A stretch of 64,000 nt of DNA from Malacoraja senta (lineage: Eukaryota), in contig JAXLNO010000548.1 of the NCBI GenBank assembly GCA_038087875.1, positions 62,001 through 126,000 of the forward strand. The letters are read 5' to 3'. The stretch's first letter is position 1. The number at the start of each line of letters is the position of its first letter. The notes below the pieces were generated by a model that saw only the letters and a list, made by a program, of their open reading frames with translations, had not been told where the DNA came from and ran no database searches. Shown here in pieces: positions 59,037 through 64,000 of this stretch. The position numbers were made by a program, and so were the translations under genes.

Positions 59037-59610
59037 AAAATGGTCTGATTTTCTTTTTTGTGTTTTTGGAAGGAATTCTGTCCCTGATTTGTGTATTGGC
59101 CTTTATAACTTATTTTTTTAATTCTGATTATATGTTAACCATAAATCTCTGTAAGGTGTCCTTGAGACCTCGGTATAAGGCGCCCATAAATAAAATTCAT
59201 TATTATTCCCCGCACTTCCATGTGCCTATCTGAAAGTCTCTTAAATCCTACTATCATATCTGCACTACCACCACCCATACAGTGCGTTCCAGCCCCCCCC
59301 CCCCCCGCCCACTGTATAAAGAAACATGCCCTCTACTTCTCCATTAAACCTTCCCCCTTTCACTTTCTAGCTCTGGCCTCTAAAGTTGAGCATTTCCAAA
59401 CTGGTGAAATGGTTCTGACTGTCTACGCCTCTCATAATCTGGAGCAACAAACAAACTGCTGGAGCCTAGGGGAACTCAGCGGTCGAGCAGCATCTGTGGG
59501 GAGGGAGGAAATTATTGACATTCCGGGATGAGACTCAGCATCAATTTTGTTGTTCCAAATTTGTAATAAAATATCTGTGGACAGCAACCGCCAGATTACT
59601 GTAACTTTGA

Positions 59611-59626
59611 CCACAAGAGGGCACCA
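59611..59626 (+). promoter_or_regulatory. Candidate CTCF-binding site
   Basis: CCACAAGAGGGCACCA against the consensus CCASYAGRKGGCRS (one mismatch), in non-repeat sequence about 3.9 kb upstream of the MHC start codon. Confidence 0.45.
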
Positions 59627-59794
59627 GATGCTACAGGGGCAGTGACAACATTGTTATGCACCTCCAGAACAAAGGAGATATTTTACAAAAAGTTGTGCTT
59701 CCTGTCAGTTACGCATCAATTGTCGACATTGTTTAATCCCACTGCAGCATTCACATAATATTTATTAACCACCCTTTTGCAAGCTATAGCTTAC

Positions 59795-60300
59795 ACTGAA
59801 GATAGACACAAAAAGCTGGAGTAACTCACCTGGTCAGATAGCATCTCTGGAGAAAAGGTGACATTTCGGTTTGAGACCCTTCTTCAGACTGCGGAAAGGG
59901 AAGGGAGATATAGACGGTGATGTAGAGAGCTATAGATCAAATCAATGAAAGATTTGCACAAAAGTAATGATGATAAAGAAAACAGGCCATTGTTAGCTGT
60001 TTGTTAGGTGAGAAGGGACTTTGAAGCTGGTACGACTTGGGTGGGGGAGGGATGGAGAGAGAGGGAATGCAGGGATTACGAAGTCAGAGAACTCAATATT
60101 CATACCACTGGTTGTAAGCTGCCCAAGTGAAATATGAGATGCTGTTCCTCTAATTTGCGTTTGGCCTCACTCTGACAAAAGAGGAGGCCCAGGACTGAAA
60201 GGTCAGTGTGGGAATGGGAAGGGGAAGTAAAGTGTTTGGGAACCGGGAGATCAGGTAGGTCCAGGCGGAATGAGTGAAGGTGTTCAGTGAAACAATCGGC
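59795..60300 (-). mobile_element. Penelope-like 3' fragment with terminal repeat
   Basis: Colinear homology to the other PLE 3' ends in the window, and to the spacer of the 366-1062 foldback. Confidence 0.75.
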
Positions 60301-60657
60301 CAGGCTTATATCAAGGGCTTATTCAAGTTTTCGTTTTTGGATGGCAGCTTTCTTTTCCAGCTTTCTTCCCCCATACTACAATCAGTGTGAAGAATAGTCC
60401 CAACTAAAAATGTTGTCTGTCCATTCCCTCCACAGATGCTGCCTGACCTCTTGAGTTTCTCCAGCATTCTCTGTTATGCAGTGATAGATCTGTCCCTATC
60501 AGTACACACTGCTGTGCCAGGACTAAACTGTACTCATCAGTACCATCTCCCAGTGCTACACAGTGGCTGATGACCTGTAAAGCACCAACATGCCTTCCTA
60601 ACTCAGTCCCGTACGAAGCTTTTCAAAAAGGGGGGTGGCATGACAGGATCACAAAAA

Positions 60658-60725
60658 GATTGTAATGTGAAATAATGTGCGCGCTGTGCATGATTGTAAT
60701 GTGAAATAATGTGCGCGCTGTGCAC
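60658..60725. repeat. Perfect 34-bp tandem duplication
   Basis: GATTGTAATGTGAAATAATGTGCGCGCTGTGCA at 60658 and 60692. Confidence 0.9.
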
Positions 60726-61252
60726 ATCACGAGCGTGAAGTGTGAAGTCCCTCGATGCCAGGGTCCAGGGGTTTTAGATGCTCTCTGATGCATTCTGAGC
60801 CTTATTTTGGAGCATTTTTGCATCAAATTCATGACCAATATTTCAGAAATTAACAGGAATCTGAGAGGTAGCTTTTTCACACAAAGGGTGGTGGGTATAT
60901 GGAACAAGCTGCCAGAGGAGGTAGTTAAGGCTGGGACTATCCTAATGTTTAAGAGACATTTGGACACGTACATGGATAGGAGAGGTTTACATGGATATGG
61001 GCCAGACGCGTGTGAGTGGGACTAGTTTAGATGGGACATGTTGGTCGGTGTGGGCAAGTTGGGCTGAAGGGCCTGTTTCCACACTGCATCATTCTATGAC
61101 TAAAAAGTTAAGAAGAACAGTGCATGTAGATAAGTAGAGCAGATTTGAAAGAGGAGTGAAATGTAAAGGTAGAGATAGGTTTATGGGTGGAAAGGAACAT
61201 AGGAAAGGAGAGGGGAGAGTGGGCTTGGGCACATGGCTGAAGGGAAAATAGA

Positions 61253-61516
61253 CACAAAGTGCTGGAGTAACTCAGCGGGTCAGGCAGCAACTGTGGAGAA
61301 CATGGATAGGTGACATGTCACAGAGTGCTGGAGTAACTCAGTGGGTCACGCAGCATCTCTGGAGAACATGGATAGGTGACATGTCACAGAGTGCTGGAGT
61401 AACTCAGTGAGTCAGGCAGCATCTGCGGAGAACATGGATAGGTGACATTTCACAGAGTGCTGGAGCAAATCACTGGGTCAGGCAGCATCTCTGGAGAAAA
61501 GGTATAGATTATATTT
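61253..61516. repeat. Tandem repeat, 4 x 66 bp, derived from the Penelope terminal repeat
   Basis: Units start at 61253, 61319, 61385 and 61451 (CACARAGTGCTGGAG..GGATAGGTGACAT). Confidence 0.9.
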
Positions 61517-61999
61517 CGGGTCAAGACCCTTCTTCAGTTATATTCATGATGTGACATGCATAGACATTCCTGAATGTTACCCAAACCATCGTGAGCTACT
61601 TTGTGACGGTGCTTGCCCTCTCCTATAACGTCTCTGCTGCCTGGGTGAAGCAGGACAGGACACAAGCTTTGGGACACGGTGTGAAGCTGTTGCCGTCTGT
61701 CCCAGCCTGGTAAAAACCTGGATGGAGTGGATGTGGAGAGGATGTTTCCACTAGTGGGAGAGTCTAGGACCAGTGGCCACAGCCTCAGAATTAAAATACA
61801 TTCCTTTAGGAAGAAGATGAGCAGGAATTTCTTAAGTCAGAAGGTGGTGAACTGTGGAATTCATTGCCACAGACAGCTGTGGAGGTCAAGTCAATGGACA
61901 CTTTTCAGGAGGAGATTGATAGATTCTTGATTGATACAGGTGTCAGAGGTAATGGGGAGAAGGCAGGAGAATGGGTTTGAGAGGGAAAGATAGATAATC

Positions 62000-62570
62000 A
62001 TAGAGAGATACAGTGTGGAAACAGGCCCTTCGGCCCAGCATGTCCCATCTACACTAGTCCCTCCTGTCCACATTTGATCCATATCTCTCCGAACATGTCC
62101 TATCCATATACCTGTTTAAGTGTTTCTTAAATTTTGCGATAGTCCCTGTCTGTACCTCCTCTGGCAGCTTGTTCCATACACCTACCACCCTTTGTGTGAA
62201 AAATATACCTGTCAGATTCCTATTAAAGCTTTAGCCCTTCACCTTGAACTTATGTCCTCTGCTCCCCGATTCACCTACTCTGCGCAAAAGACTCAACCAT
62301 ATCTATTCAAATCATGATTTTATACACCTCTATTAGATCATCCCTCATCCTCCTGTGCTCCATGAAATAGAGTACCAGCCTACTCAACCTCTCCCTATAG
62401 CTTGGCCCTCTAGTCCTGAGGCAACATCCTCGTAAATCTTCACTGTACCCTTTCCAGTTTAATGACATCTTTCCTATTACATGGTGCCCAGAACTGAATA
62501 CAATACTCTAAATGCGGCCTCATCAACTTCTTATACAACTGCAACATGACCTCCCAACTTCTGTACTCAG
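62000..62570 (-). mobile_element. CR1 LINE 3' fragment
   Basis: Reverse complement of the same 3' end as 28600-29280. Confidence 0.8.
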
Positions 62571-62857
62571 CCTGACCTCGCAATATTACTCCAGCACTCA
62601 GTTACTCCAGCACTCTGTGAAACGTCACAGAACAGGGCAAGATTAGCAAGTTTGCTGATGATACAGAAGTGAGTGGATTTGCAAATAGTGAAAATGGTTG
62701 TGAAAGATTGCAGCAGGATCTCGATCAATTAGCCAGGTGGGCAGAGGAATGGTTGATGGTTGCATGGTTCCTTGAAGGTTGAGTCGCTGGTATATTAGGT
62801 GGTCAAAAAATATTTTGGCACTTTGTCCTTCATCAGTCAGAGTATTGAGTAAAGAAG

Positions 62858-63687
62858 CTTAAAGATGTTAAGGGAAAAAGAGTAGCAAAGTCAAATGTGG
62901 GTCCCTTGAAGGCAGACACGGGTGAAATTATTATGGGCAACAAGGAAATGGCAGAAGAGTTGAATAGGTACTTCAGATCTGTCTTCACTAAGGAAGACAC
63001 AAACAATCTCCCAGCTGTACTGGAGGACAGAGGATCTAAGGGGGTAGAGGAACTGAAAGAAATTTTCATTAGGCGAGAAATAGTATTGGGTAGGCTAATG
63101 GGACTGAAGGATGATAAATCCCCTGGACCTGATGGTCTGCATCCCAGGGTCCTCAGGGAGGTGGCTCTAGAAATAGTGGATGCATTGGTGATCATTTTCC
63201 AATGTTCAATAGATTCAGGATCAGTTCCTGTGGATTGGAGGATAGCTAATGTTATCCCACTTTTCAAGAAAGGAGCGAGAGAGAAAACAGGGAATTACAG
63301 ACCAGTTAGCCTGACTTCGGTGGTGGGAAAGATGCTGGAGTCAATTATTAAAGAGGTAATAATGGGGCATTTGGATAGCAGTAAAAGGATTAGTCCGTCA
63401 ACATGGATTTATGAAAGGGAAATCATGCTTGACTAATCTTCTGGAATTTTTTGAGGATGTGACAAGTAAAATGGATGAAGGGGTGCCAGTGGATGTAGTG
63501 TACCTGGACTTTCAGAAAGCATTTGATAAGGTCCCGCACGGGACACTGGTGACTAAAATTAGAGCTCATGGTATTGGGGGTAAGGTGTTGACATGGATAG
63601 AAAATTGGTTGGCAGACCGGAAGCAAAGAGTAGGAGTGAACGGGTCCTTTTCAGAATGGCAGTAAGTGGCGAGTGGAGTGCCGCAAG
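62858..63687 (+). mobile_element. CR1 LINE ORF2 fragment, relatively young
   Basis: NKEMAEELNRYFRSVFT..KSPGPDGLHPRVLREVA..DWRIANVIPLFKKG..NYRPVSLTSVVGK..KSCLTNLLEFFE..VVYLDFQKAFDKVPH, with a frameshift near 63395. Confidence 0.95.
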
Positions 63688-64000
63688 CAGTGGCGGACTG
63701 GGTCTAAAAATATTGGTTGCCAGGAGACAAAGGGGGCCCACCCACAACTACAATGCTATCATTTAATTTTCATAACGAATAAATAATATTTTCAAAAAAT
63801 ACATATGGAAAAAAGGGTACAATTTAAAAATTTTGTGAAAAAAATGGTTCTTAGTAATTACAGTGTACATGTACTGTACATATTACTGGCAGTAGATACC
63901 GAATGTAAATACAGAATGTTATAATTTTTTTTTTTTTAAATTTTAAGTAATTGGTTGATATTTTAAAATAATTTACTGCACAATTTACACATTAACAGAT
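63688..64000. mobile_element. Probable end of a non-autonomous hAT-like element, truncating the CR1
   Basis: CR1 homology stops abruptly at CAGTGGCGGACTGGG, a hAT-like terminus. The other end is outside the window, so no TSD can be checked. Confidence 0.45.

Noticed and set aside
61253-61516. CRISPR-like regularly spaced repeats
   Set aside because: The units are contiguous with no unique spacers, derive from Penelope termini, and sit in a vertebrate genome with no cas genes.

Overview
This is eukaryotic, repeat-dominated DNA. The mix of HE1/V-SINE-like SINEs, CR1, Rex1/Babar and Penelope elements points to a cartilaginous fish, probably a skate or ray (inference). The only complete protein-coding gene model I can build is a divergent MHC class I-like heavy-chain gene on the minus strand with five phase-1 exons: leader 55717-55666, alpha1 51725-51465, alpha2 49720-49445, alpha3 48240-47968, and TM/cytoplasmic 40166-39946. 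It has a recognisable X1-X2-Y (SXY-type) promoter but lacks most classical peptide-anchoring residues and has six cysteines in alpha2. It also carries three lesions or oddities: an in-frame TAG replacing Tyr in the alpha3 GFYP motif, a Passport-like Tc1 transposon 13 nt from the TM-exon acceptor, and a stop codon supplied by a CR1 fragment. A second 52-nt leader exon with a homologous X2-Y promoter lies at 14309-14258; I found no downstream exons for it in the window. The rest is transposon-derived: Penelope fragments and terminal repeats carrying minimal hammerhead-ribozyme motifs, a canonical non-autonomous Helitron, a nested hAT element, two Harbinger-type MITEs, a DIRS recombinase relic, many SINE/LINE pieces and several tandem repeats. 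Most entries in the ORF track are spurious or TE-derived. TE boundaries are approximate unless a TSD or terminal motif is quoted.
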